A stretch of 64,000 bases of DNA, from NCBI RefSeq assembly GCF_009914755.1, contig NC_060931.1; one strand, given 5' to 3'. The stretch is from the human T2T-CHM13v2.0 reference genome, Homo sapiens. Made by a program: the position numbers and the translations under genes. The notes under the pieces are model-generated. The model had not been told where the DNA came from. It was given only the letters and a program-made list of their open reading frames with translations, and searched no databases. Within the stretch, counting starts at the first letter, position 1, and every line of letters starts with the position of its first letter. Positions 1 to 11,319 of the stretch are shown piece by piece.

Positions 1-920
1 AACTCCTCACCCCACGCACGGTCACAGGAGCGAGGGCGCGTCGTGGGGTCCACGTCAAGGGTCTGCTGACACTGCGGGCACACCCTTGCTCCTCATCTGG
101 AGAATGGGGAGGGGACAGCCCTCTCTGGCAGCAAGCGGCGTGACCTGGACTTTTCTCTTTTTAACTTTAGATTTACATGCACATGAGTTAAGAGCCCAGG
201 AATTCTGTGGGGTGTGTCAGGGAACAGCGGTCTCCACACTTCTCATTTCCTTCCTTTCTCTCCAGAGTCCACCATGTTCACCTCTCAGCCGATCATGTCG
301 GTATTAACTGCATTTCTCTGGAATACACATTCTGTGGCTCCTTCTGGACTTGAGCGCTCGGACGTCCTGCTGACTTCCCGAGAGACAGCGAGGCTTCAGC
401 TCTCCCTCCCTCCCACCCTGCAACACGCGTCTCCCTCCTCCTGGTCCCCTTTCTTAATATGAGGCTCAGGGCTGTGTTCAGATCAGGCCTCAGCTCCCTT
501 ACGACTGTGTGAGGCTGCTCAGGGCCAGCTCAGAATGCAGGACACTGCTGCTTCTGCTGCTTCTCATGCAACTCTGCTGTCCCCAGAGCCAATGGTCGTC
601 CTGCTTCCCACGCACTCAGCCTTCTAGGTGCTCATGGCTCTTGGCAGCCATCCCTCTTTGCCAGCTGTCTACACAGGTGCTTCCCAGTCTTTTTGTGCGG
701 GGCAGCAAACCTAAAACCTGAGAAATGTGTGTGGCACGCAGGGAAGGAGGAGGCTGCCAAAGAGTGACCCAGGGACCTGGGGACCAACGTCCATGGCAGC
801 CCACGCCTGGCACACACGTGTGGAAAGCTCCGGTCCGCATCATGACACCCAACGCACCAGGTTCTGTCCTAGAATCTCTGGTGGGTTCCAGCCCCCGCTG
901 GAGGCTGCCCAGGCTGGGGG

Positions 921-1080
921 CTTCCTTCTCTGCTCTATATCCCAGAAACTCTGGCCCGTTCTGGCCCCTGCCAGCTGCTCCCCAGGCCTAAGGCTTCCTT
1001 CTCTGCTCTATATCCCAGAACCTCTGGCCTGTTCTGGCCCCTGCCGGCTGCTCCCCAGGCCTGAGGCCTCCTTCTCTGCT
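921..1080. repeat. Local tandem duplication, ~73-bp unit, ~2.2 copies
   Basis: cttccttctctgctctatatcccagaa...ccccaggcct recurs at 921 and 994, and partially at ~1067. Confidence 0.85.
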
Positions 1081-1129
1081 TCCGCGGCAGAAGCCCCTGT
1101 GGTCTGCTCTGCGTGCCACAGCCACACTC

Positions 1130-2850
1130 TTTCCTGGTTTACTCCCTCATCCTTTGGGAGTGCATCCTCTGCCAGCTTCCTGAGAGACGGTGCGGGGCCG
1201 TCAAGTTTTTAAGGCCTTGAACCCTGCAGATGCCCGTACTTCTTCCTTCAGACCTGATGTGGGGCTGGGGGGCTATGAGATCCCGAGATGCAGGTCACTC
1301 TGCTAGAAACTCGGAGGTGCTGCTGCTAGGAAACGCTAGATGACTGATCCCGGATCCTTTGACAAGTGACCTCTGTGTTTCTTCTCTGAAGTTCTCAGGG
1401 TCTTCCTTTCGTCCTGTGTCCTGAATCTTCATGCTGCCGCACACTGTGCGGGTCTATCCCCAACCACAGACAGCCCAGTCTGAGCCTCTCCCGGGAGGCA
1501 GGGAGCTGCGTCCTTCCTTCAGGGAGACGTCCTTGAGGCACTTCTGTTATCATCTGCTTTTTCCCTGTTCCCTCCTTCCATGTTCCTGTTGTTCAGACAG
1601 TGGGCTGTACCTCTAATGTTCTTACTTCTCTTCTCCTGTTTTCCATCTCGTTGTCTTTACTTTCAGACTTTCTCAACGTTACTTTACAAATCTTCTTAGA
1701 TTTCCATTCACTGTTCCCTACTTTTGCCTTCCCCCTGCTCACTGCTTTCTCTTGGTGTGTGTTAAGCTGCCCTGTTGTTTGGTTGCTGAAGCCCCGTCTT
1801 CTCTCTGAGGAGATCCAGGAGACAGTTTTTGGAGATTTTCTTTGCTGGGACAGTGGGTTCCCTCCCCGCTGACGCTGTGTTTCTCTGCGTTTCGCTGTGC
1901 TCTGTTTTCCCTGCTCGTTTCCTGTCCTTTCCCTTGGGCTGTCTGACAATCCCTGGGTATCAGCTCCTCACTAGGGGAGGGCACTAGGGGCCCAGGGATA
2001 CTCCGGGTAGGAGCATGGAGCCGTCTGCCACGGTTTTCCCCAGGGAGCGATCCATGGGAGCTGTCGAGCTGGGGAACTGCCAACGCCAGGTCCTTCTGGG
2101 CTGCTCGGATACACAGGGAGGTCTTTCCACCATGGCCTACAGGGTCACACCTGCTGCCCGTGTTCTGCAGGGCACGTGGCGGGGGTGTGCGATCCAGGCC
2201 CACACCTGCATCTATCAATCCGGGCTCAGTTCAAGCCTGTTGTCCTGACTTGGGTCTGTCCAGGGACCTTGCCAGCCCTCTCCAGAGCAGCGGTCCACAA
2301 ACGCGCTGAGCATCCGCGTGGTCTGTAGGGCTGCCTAGCACAGACTGCCGGCCGCCCCCAGGCCTCTGGCTGAGCAAGTCTGAGATGAGACCTGAGAATC
2401 CACATTTCTAAGAGGCTCCCAGGGAGGCAGCGGCCGACCTGGGTACTGCACTTTAAGTATCACTGCTCCAAGAATAAACTGCTGGCTTGTTTTGGAGTCT
2501 TCATCTTTCCTGGGGAGCGGCAACTGCCCAGGGCACACAGATGGACAGATGGTTCCGGGGACCCATCTCTTAATTCAGCAATCAAGCCTCCAGATCCACT
2601 GTGCTTCAGTCAGTGGCATCCCTCCCCTAACGCCACTTGCAGCCAGTTCCTGGGCTGCGTTGGAGTTTTGAGGTGTAACTCAGGCGGGTTCTCAGCTCCA
2701 CCCGCCGCTGGCTTAGATTCCGGTTTCCCAAGTCTACTCAGTCCTTTCACTGCTCACCCGCCAATTCCAGACTCCAAAAGTCTGCCTCTGTATCCTCTCC
2801 CTCTGTGGGGTTAGGCCTTACATAAAACAGAGGCCACCAACACTGTGATT
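1130..2850 (-). mobile_element. Highly degenerate ancient LINE-1/HAL1-like remnants
   Basis: T-rich degenerate stretches (e.g. 1540-1830) resembling antisense L1 ORF1/5' region. Recognised by eye; boundaries approximate. Confidence 0.35.
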
Positions 2851-3100
2851 TTTGGGGGCACAGACACGCGCTGCATCAGCCACTGGGGCCTGGACGCCCG
2901 ACCCACCCTCACCTCCTGGTGGCGCCATGTGGCGCGGCCCCCACTATCCCAGGCCTCTGCTCATCCTCCCCTTCCTGCTTCCAGACCACGCTGGCCCTGA
3001 CTTCTCCATGGTCAGCTCAGACACGCCTCTTCGCACCCCCCACTCCCAATCAGCCATGGCCCGGGCACCTGTCACAGCCAGATGCCGACCACCCGCGTGC

Positions 3101-3845
3101 CTGAGACGCGCAGAGACCCAGACAAGAGGTTAACGAACAGACGGGCGAACCCGAGACAGGCAGAGACCCAGACAACAAGGGAAGGAACAGACGGGAGAAC
3201 CCAAGATGCGCAGAGACCCAGATAACAGGTGAACAAACACACGAGCGAACCCTAGACAGGCAGAGACCCAGACAACAAGGAAAGGAACAGACAGGTGAAC
3301 CCGAGATGCGCAGAGACCCAGACAACAGGGGAACAAACACACGAGCGAACCCGAGACAGGCAGAGACCCAGACAACAGGGGAACGAACAGACGGGCGAAC
3401 CCGAGACAGGCAGACACCCAGACAACAGGGGAACGAACAGATGGGCGAACCCGAGACAGGCAGAGACCCAGACAAAAAGGGAAGGAACAGACGGGCGAAC
3501 CCGAGATGCGCAGAGACCCAGACAACAGGTGAACGAACACACGAGCGAACCCGAGACAGGCAGACACCCAGACAACAGGGGAACAAACAGATGGGCAAAC
3601 CCGAGACAGGCAGAGACCCAGACAACAGGTGAACGAACAGACGGGCGAACCCGAGACGGGCAGAGACCCAGACAACAGGGGGACAAACAGACGGGTGAAC
3701 CCGAGACGGGCAGAGACCCAGACAACAAGGGAACGAACAGATGGGCAAACCCGAGACGGGCAGAGACCCAGACAACAAGGGAACGAACAGACGGGCAAAC
3801 CCGAGACGGGCAGAGACCCAGACAACAGGGGAACAAACAGACAAG
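3101..3845. repeat. Minisatellite/VNTR, 50-bp unit, ~15 copies
   Basis: Consensus gacaacaggggaacgaacagacgggcgaacccgagacaggcagagaccca with a strict 50-bp period. Confidence 0.95.
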
Positions 3846-5452
3846 CGAATGGGTGCACAGCCAAGGCACAGGCCCGTGACAGCAGGGGATGGAAGGCCCC
3901 TTCCCAAATCCTCTCCCAGGGTGCAGAGCCACCTAAAAATATGGCTCCAAGTCTGCATCCTCAGCTCCGAAACTTGCCAATAACACCTGCAGAATGCAGG
4001 GCGGAGAGGGAGCCACGGCTGGACCAGAAAGGGGGCTGGGGACATGGGGGCTCAGGCCCTCACAGCCACAGTGGAGACCGGGAGCAGCCCTTGTGCAGGT
4101 GGGGAGCTGGAAAGGAGCCCCCGACTGCCATCAGCTCGCCCCTCAATCTGGCAACACAGGCCCCCCCTTCTGGCTTTTGTCCTCCAACCCCACCATACTA
4201 CTCCAGGAGGGCAGACCACCCGCTAGCCAGCCACTAAGCCCCTACCTGCCGGCAGGGTGCGCCCAGACTCAGGGCAGTCTTGGCTTATGGGGGTGGGGCA
4301 CAAGAGGGAGGGAAGACCCCACCTAAGACCCTCCCCACAAAGGAGCGGGGCAGAGGACAATCACTCCTGATACATCAGCCTGGGTGCTGGGCTGTGGGAA
4401 GCGGACAAGTCACCGCCACACAACCTCTGCACCTGCATGCTCACAGGGAATGCTCTCCCACAGTACAGGGCGCGATGGCAAGTAGGTGGGAAGAAACAGA
4501 AGAAGGTATCATCGGATGAAAGCTGAGTCTGAAATCACCTCGAGATGCCAAAGGCCAGAAAGCAGCAGCCTCCAGGCCCCACCACAGATGAGCCTGCAGA
4601 CACCCCCAAGGGAGGGGGCTGGCAGCCGGGTGGCTCTAACACAGGAGCAAGGGGACGCCGGGCCACGCTCCAGGCTGCTGCTAAGGGCTGGACAGGGAAC
4701 CCTCCCCCAGGTCCCCCCAGAACCAGGAGCGTGGGGCAGTGCCCAGCTCCCTCGAACAGCAGAGAGCAACACAGGGGGCAGGGGTCTCCTGAGCCCCACA
4801 GCCTCGCTGGGGGTGCAGACTGCACAGTGACTCTGGACTCCCAGCCCTGCTCCTTCAGGGGCACCCTGCAGAGTCGACACAGCCCCGGCAGCACCCTCCG
4901 AGGCTTGGCGTGGGCAGACCCCAGCACCACCTCCCCACATCAGGGGATAGGCTGGCGTTCCAAAGGCCGTGGGCCTCACGTAGACCTGGAGGGTGTGGGC
5001 AGGCCCTGCTGGCCCTCATGGAGGCCTCATTCTTCCCTGGGACGCCACAGGCCTTGGCCTCAAAGGGCTCTCTGGACGCCATGAAGCACACTTAAGCTGG
5101 TGAGAGATGGACTTGTTTTCGTGGAGGACTGGATTTACTTGTGATTAATGGGGTACATATAAACTGACAAATGATACGAATTAGTTTAAGGGCCTGAAAT
5201 TTCAGCCCCTTGCTTCTCCACAGCTGCCTGCAGACTCGGATGGCTCCACCTGTTTGCACAACCCCACGGGGCCATGGGGACACGGGGCCAGGGTGCTCTG
5301 CCCCAGCAACCACCAGACCCGGCTGCCCACAGGGGAGGACAAACCCTCTGGGGATGACAGGCAGGGGCGCCTGAGGCTGCCCCAAAGGCGCACGGATGGA
5401 CCTACCCACGGAAGGTCGAGGATGGCAGGGACCGGGGGTGGGGGGTGCCTAC

Positions 5453-5663
5453 CTGCCACCTCCTTGGACGATGGCAGACTCGCGGCGGCAGCCTCAAGGT
5501 CGGCTGGGACGGTGCCTCCTCTCTCCATGGCGCGCAGGAGCCCGCGCAGTCGCTCGCACTCCGCCTGCAGCTGGCTGTGGTCCTCGTGCAGGCGCTGCCT
5601 GGCCACACTGGTGGGGTTCAGGCTCATGTGCAGCACTTTGGTCCTGCTCTGGTCATAGTCACC
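5453..5663 (-). CDS. MAD1L1: MAD1L1 coding exon (exon 17, 211 nt) containing the MAD2-interaction motif: [29 protein letters not shown]...SSKEVA
   Basis: Acceptor gtgttcctgcag|GGT and donor GGCAG|gtaggc. Peptide in ORF 5202..5684 matches MAD1, including the KVLHMSLNP motif. Confidence 0.97.
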
Positions 5664-5672
5664 CTGCAGGAA

Positions 5673-5782
5673 CACACACAGCACAAGTCACCATGGCCCA
5701 GGCACACACGCAGCACGGGTCACACACAGCATGGGTCACCATGGCCCAGGAAGACACACAGCACGGGTCACACACAGCACAG
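5673..5782. repeat. Short degenerate repeat abutting the exon-17 acceptor (~16-bp subunits, ~48-bp higher order)
   Basis: cacacagcacgggtca and ccatggcccagg modules recur. Confidence 0.75.
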
Positions 5783-6312
5783 TGCTCAGTTCTTTTTTCT
5801 TCTTGAGCCTGCCTGGCAGCCATCTCTCCTGGAAGGAGTGGCTCCTTCCCTGTGCCCTGTGGACAGGTGCAGGAACAAGGCCTGGCCACCTGCTGGGTCC
5901 CTTCTGCCTAACCACAGGAACAGGGTGAGAGGGGACATGCGGCCTTTGCTCAGCCAAGTGCGGTGCTTCCCAGAATTCCACACTCAGTGCCCAGGAGGGA
6001 GGCTTCCTCTCCTCTGAGGTTCCTGGCTGGGATGAGACTGGGAGCCCGTGTGGCCATGTTCCCATCTCTTCCCTACCAGCCTGGAAGGTGCCCCGTGCCA
6101 CAAGAGAAACAAGGTCAACCACACAGAGATGGAAGGCAAGGGAGCCTGGCATCAGCGTGGGTGGCTCAGGAATGCGCCTCGCAACCTGATGTTCCCACGA
6201 AACCCAGGGCCGGGATGTGTGTGGCATCCTTGAGGGAGGAGTGCGCCTGGAGGCCCAGCCTGCTGACCTGTGGTGGGTGACCGACCCCCAGCAACAAGCA
6301 CCATGCAGCCCT

Positions 6313-6888
6313 GCAGCAGGGACAGCCCCCCACAGCAGGGGACAGCCGCCCACAGCAGGGAACAGCCGCCCACAGCAGGGGACAGCCGCCCCCAGCAGGG
6401 AGGTGCAGGGTCACTGCGCACCCGAGACCCCGACCTCACGCCACACACAAACATCAGCCGCCCACAGCAGGGAGGTGCAGGGTCACTGCGCACCCGAGAC
6501 CCCGACCTCACGCCACACACAAACATCAGCCGCCCACAGCAGGGAGGTGCAGGGTCACTGCGCACCCGAGACCCCGACCTCACGCCACACACAAACATCA
6601 GCCGCCCACAGCAGGGAGGTGCAGGGTCACTGCGCACCCGAGACCCCGACCTCACGCCACACACAAACATCAGCCGCCCACAGCAGGGAGGTGCAGGGTC
6701 ACTGCGCACCCGAGACCCCGACCTCACGCCACACACAAACATCAGCCGCCCACGGCAGGGAGCTGCAGGGTTACTGCGCACCCGAGACCCCGACCTCACG
6801 CCACACACAAACAACAGCCACCCACGGCAGGGAGGTGCAGGGTCACTGCACACCTGAGACCCCGACCTCACATCACACACAAACATCA
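6313..6888. repeat. Compound minisatellite: ~20-bp unit x ~4, then 72-bp unit x ~7
   Basis: cagccgcccacagcagggaggtgcagggtcactgcgcacccgagaccccgacctcacgccacacacaaacat; 24-aa periodicity in overlapping ORFs. Confidence 0.95.
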
Positions 6889-6959
6889 ATTCCACCACAT
6901 TCTGTCTCCTGGGAGTAGACACAGGTTACTCAAACAGGGTTCAGGAAGTGCTGGCCGTA

Positions 6960-7255
6960 AAAGAAAAAAAAAAGAGTACAACTGACCTTATAGAAATTAA
7001 GAACTTCATCCACTGAAACAGTGGAAAGGCACCCACAGAGCAGGAGGTGCTGTTTGAAAATCACATTTCTGAGAAAGGGTTCAGATCCAGAACATACGAA
7101 GAAGTCAGAAATAACCAAGGGCATGTCAGAAATAACCAAGGGCATGTCAGAAATAACCAAGGGCATGTCAGACAACCCACTCTAAAAATCTGCAAAACAT
7201 GTGAGCAGACACTTCCCAAAAAGACACCCAAAAAGCTGATAAACATATGAAAAGG
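6960..7255 (+). mobile_element. Old L1 (L1M) ORF2 3' fragment containing a 21-bp x3 repeat (7104-7172)
   Basis: aaattaagaacttc...atccagaacata...aaacatatgaaaaggtgc resembles L1 3' ORF2; gtcagaaataaccaagggcat x3. Confidence 0.65.
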
Positions 7256-7387
7256 TGCACACACATGGGCCAGGGCTGGGGCCAGAGGCGCGCGCGTGCA
7301 CACACACACACACACACGCACGCACACAGAGACCAGGACTGGGACCAGAGGCGCACACACACACACGGGCCAGGGCCGGGGCCAGAG

Positions 7388-7420
<33 letters not shown>

Positions 7421-7444
7421 CACAGTCCAGGGCCGGGGCCAGAG

Positions 7445-7479
<35 letters not shown>

Positions 7480-7938
7480 GGCCAGGACCGGGACCAGAGG
7501 CGCACACACACGGGCCAGGGCCGGGACCAGAGGCGCACACACACGCACACACACACACACACACACATGGGCCAGGGCTGGGGCCAGAGGCACACACACA
7601 CACACACGGGCCAGAGCCGGGACCAGAGGCGCGCACACACACACGGGCCAGGGCCAGAGGCGCGCACACACACACGGGCCAGGGCCGGGACCAGAGGCGC
7701 ACACACACATACGGGCCAGGGCCAGGACCAGAGGCGCTCACACACACACACACACACACACGGGCCAGGGCCAGAGGCACACACACACGGGCCAGGGCCG
7801 GGACCAGAGGCGCGCGCACACATGGGCCAGGGCCGGGGCCAGCGGTGCACGCACACACATACACACACACATACACACACACACAGGCCAGGGCTGGAGC
7901 CAGCGGCGCACACACACGCACACACACGGGCCAGGGCT
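7256..7938. repeat. Compound mini/microsatellite: gggccagggccgggaccagaggcg modules alternating with (CA)n tracts
   Basis: About 14-15 modules with (CA)n tracts of variable length, directly visible. Confidence 0.95.
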
Positions 7939-9431
7939 CCCGCCAAGTGCTGAGATTCTGCAGCTTGTGGCTGTGAGCTGTGGGGCAGTGAGACTGGATG
8001 GGCACCCGGTCCCTCAGGCACAGACATGACCATGGTCATGACATGGGTCATGTCAGGCACAGACATGACCCAGCAAGCCAGGCCAGCACCACGCATAGCA
8101 ATGGCCTCCTCCCCTTTGGCAATGAGTTCCTGCCACCCTTGGGGCTTCTGCCCACGCACTCTCCTATCTCCCAGAGGGGAACAGGGAAACACATCCTGTG
8201 TTCAGATCACCCCACGCTCTCAGGAGAGGCCGGTGTGGACACACCCCACGGGGTGAAGAGACCGGGCGCAGTAAGCCTCCAGCCTCCCAAGAGCTTAGGC
8301 TGCTGTGGGCCACTGCTCTCCAAGTCCCCGAAGGACGGCGAGGCCTGGCTTGGGCTGTACCCTGGGGACCTCACTTGGGCTGGAGCTCATCAGCCATGGG
8401 CAATCGTGGTCCCAGAGCCCAGAATGTGCCTCCAACAGGGAGAGAGGAGAGGATGGGGAAGAAGGGAAGAGACCTCACCCCTCCTGGTGCCACCCCGGAC
8501 TCTAAGACATCCCCCTGACGTCACGTCACACAAGCTAACTGCTGGCCCTGCCACCCCCCTCATGGAAGAGGCCAGTGGAGATGGACATGCTGACCTGGAC
8601 CAGGGACCTCCAGCCCCATGGCACGATGGCAGAGGCCGCCGCAGAGGGAAGCGGGGTTTGCAGACACGGCTCGCTTGGCCGCTCCCTCTGTGCTTCTCCT
8701 GGGAAGGAGGAGGGGAGGGGAAATCCACCCACTCAGGCCCAGGGGAGAGGGAGGCGGCAGCCCTGCCGCTGGGCCGGGGCAGGAGAGGATCCGCGCAGCT
8801 CTTCACAGGTTTTCTGAGAACCTTGTAAACCTCAGAGGATGAAGAGACATCTTGTAACTCTGGCTGAATCACAGACTCTTGGGGTTGAAAGGATTGCTAC
8901 TTCATCCAGTTTTCACAGCCGGGGTTAAGATAACCCAGTATGCAGAATCCAGCCACCCACACGCACTCAGGAGACCCCTCTGACGGGCGGCACTGGCTTT
9001 CCGGGGCCTCTGTGGGCTGGACAGCATCTCAACCTCTTCACCATCCTACGGAGCCTCGAGGAGCCAGGGAGGATGTGGGCAGAGGGTGGGGCCGCCTCCT
9101 GCGGAGAGCAGCCAGTCACGGGGCTGTGCAGTCACCCTGCCCCCGTCCTAACCACGTAGCGCTGCAACTGCACCCAGAAAGCCGCAGGGCACACAAGGCC
9201 AGCATGGGCCCCGCTGACGGAGCTGCGGGCACGGAAACACGAATCTGAATTTCAGATAACCCGCGTGTGTCCCAAAATATTCTTCTTTTGATTTTCTTCA
9301 ACCCTTCAAAAATGTACAACGGTTCTTAGTTGAGGGGCTGCACAGAAGGCGGGGCTGTAGTCAGCTGACCCCTGGCAAGAACCAGGCCGCACAGCGTGTA
9401 CTCAGCCCTCCTCTGACCCAGAGCAGTGAGA

Positions 9432-9688
9432 CCCTCCTCCCCCAGGCCTCACCCTCCTCTTCCTCCCCCCGCAGGCCTCACCCTCCTCTTCCTCTCCCAG
9501 GCCTCAGCCTCCTCTTCCTCCCCCCGCAGGCCTCACCCTCCTCTTCCTCTCCCAGGCCTCAGCCTCCTCTTCCTCTCCCAGGCCTCAGCCTCCTCTTCCT
9601 CTCCCAGGCCTCACCCTCCTCTTCCTCTCCCAGGCCTCAGCCTCCTCTTCCTCTCCCAGGCCTCAGCCTCCTCTTCCTCCCCAGGCTT
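9432..9688. repeat. Pyrimidine-rich minisatellite, ~26-bp unit, ~9 copies
   Basis: cccaggcctcagcctcctcttcctct repeated. Confidence 0.92.
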
Positions 9689-11319
9689 CAACACCGCGGA
9701 CCTCCTGAAGGGACCTCCAGGTGGGAGGAGGTAGTGACCATCCTAGAGGCTGCCCAGCAAGGCCTCGCCTGGCCCCAGCATCCTCCTACTTAGCAGATAG
9801 GGGGACTTGCAGGAGGGGTCGGGGGTCAGCGGTGGTGCGCCCAGCGCTGGCGTTGGACCCAGCAGTGCCTGAGGACGTCAAGTTCCCCGGGGTGGATGTC
9901 CTGGCAACGTTCAACGTTCCACGGGCAGGAACGAGAGCCAGAGGCACAGCCCCAGCCCCCAGCCCCCAGCCAGGGTGCCCCACGACCGGCCCATCATCCT
10001 GGGATGAGGTTTCCCCCCTGATGGGGGGCTTGAGGTCCAGGAAACAATTCTGTATATTAGAGGATTTAAGGACCAAAAGCCCAAGCCAGTAGAGATGAAG
10101 GAAACCAAATCAAAACAGAGAAAAGATAAAACTGAGAAGTTCTTCTTAAACACCAATCCTGTCACCCTCTGGCCCCCAACAGTGCAGCGCCCTGCACTGC
10201 TGGCCCCGCTGGGGGCGAAGGCTTGGTGTGTGCAAAGCCACCGTGTCCGGGCTGGGACCAGCCCCCAGGCTTGTCCTCCTCAGCCGCTACGCATGCACCA
10301 CCAGGTCCTGCTCTCCCGGAGCCACAGTGTGAGGCCAAGGTCGGCGCAGGTTCCCGTGGCCCGGCTTCCACCTGCAGCAGGAGGCCCTGGGTCACGGAGA
10401 GCATTCACTGGGCACCCGCGGCTGGGGCTGGAGCGACCTGCGATGGCACCGCTGACCAGGGCTGAGAACAAGCCTGGGCTCCATAACTGGTGGCGTGGAG
10501 AACCCACCTCCCAGGAGGGCGAGGGAAGTGGGAGGACAGGCGCTAGGGCTCTGCAGATGGCAACATTCCAGGCAGCTAGTCGTCTTTCTGTAAGTTCAGG
10601 GGACTTTCCCTGCCTAACGCCTGGAGAAGGCAGAGCCCCTAGAGGCAGCACGGGAGGGGCAGACTGGGCACCACCCACCCGCTCACGTCCCCACCGTGAT
10701 TTTGGGCCAGGCTCTTGACCTCCACGCGTTCGTTCCTGCCATCCTTCCTTTCTTCCCTTAGTCCATCCACCCGCACACCTGTCTGTCCATCTGACATGAT
10801 TTCCAGGCCCTGGATGCCCTCAGCACAGCTGTGAATACAGGGGTGGAGCTGCCACTCATGGTGGGAGCAGCTGGCATCCCACAGAGGAGCCTCCTGGGCC
10901 AACACTCAGCACGTGGAGGGGACATTCCCGGCCCCTCCAGAAGGAGGCCACGCCTGAGCCCCTGGGGGCCCAGGACCTCTGCTCCAGGTGAGACAGGACC
11001 GTGCCCCAAGGTGGCTGGGGGCGACAGCCAAACTTCCAGCCTGCTGCTGTGACCACAGCCTGGGCAGCGCAGAGTCAGGCACACCATTCCATGCCTCGGA
11101 GCCCGCGCGCCACACATTTCAGCAGGTGCTGGAAGTGCAGGGGTAATGGGAGCCCTGTGCTGAGGCCCGTCTCCAGGGCAGCCGAGTGTCGGGATGGGAG
11201 GACGGCCCTATGTCCTATACAAACAGCACCACTCCTGCACCCACCCCACCAAGAGGAGCCATTTCAAACACACAGGCAGCAAAACAGCATGGGAGGAAAC
11301 TAGGCGGGATCTAGGTGAT

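Noticed and set aside
3050-4237. Long ORFs (up to 331 aa) on both strands
   Set aside because: They result from the 50-bp repeat lacking stop codons; periodic low-complexity peptides with no splice or homology support.
6152-8192. Long His/Thr- and Cys/Val-rich ORFs
   Set aside because: Translations of the 72-bp VNTR and (CA)n/(TG)n tracts.
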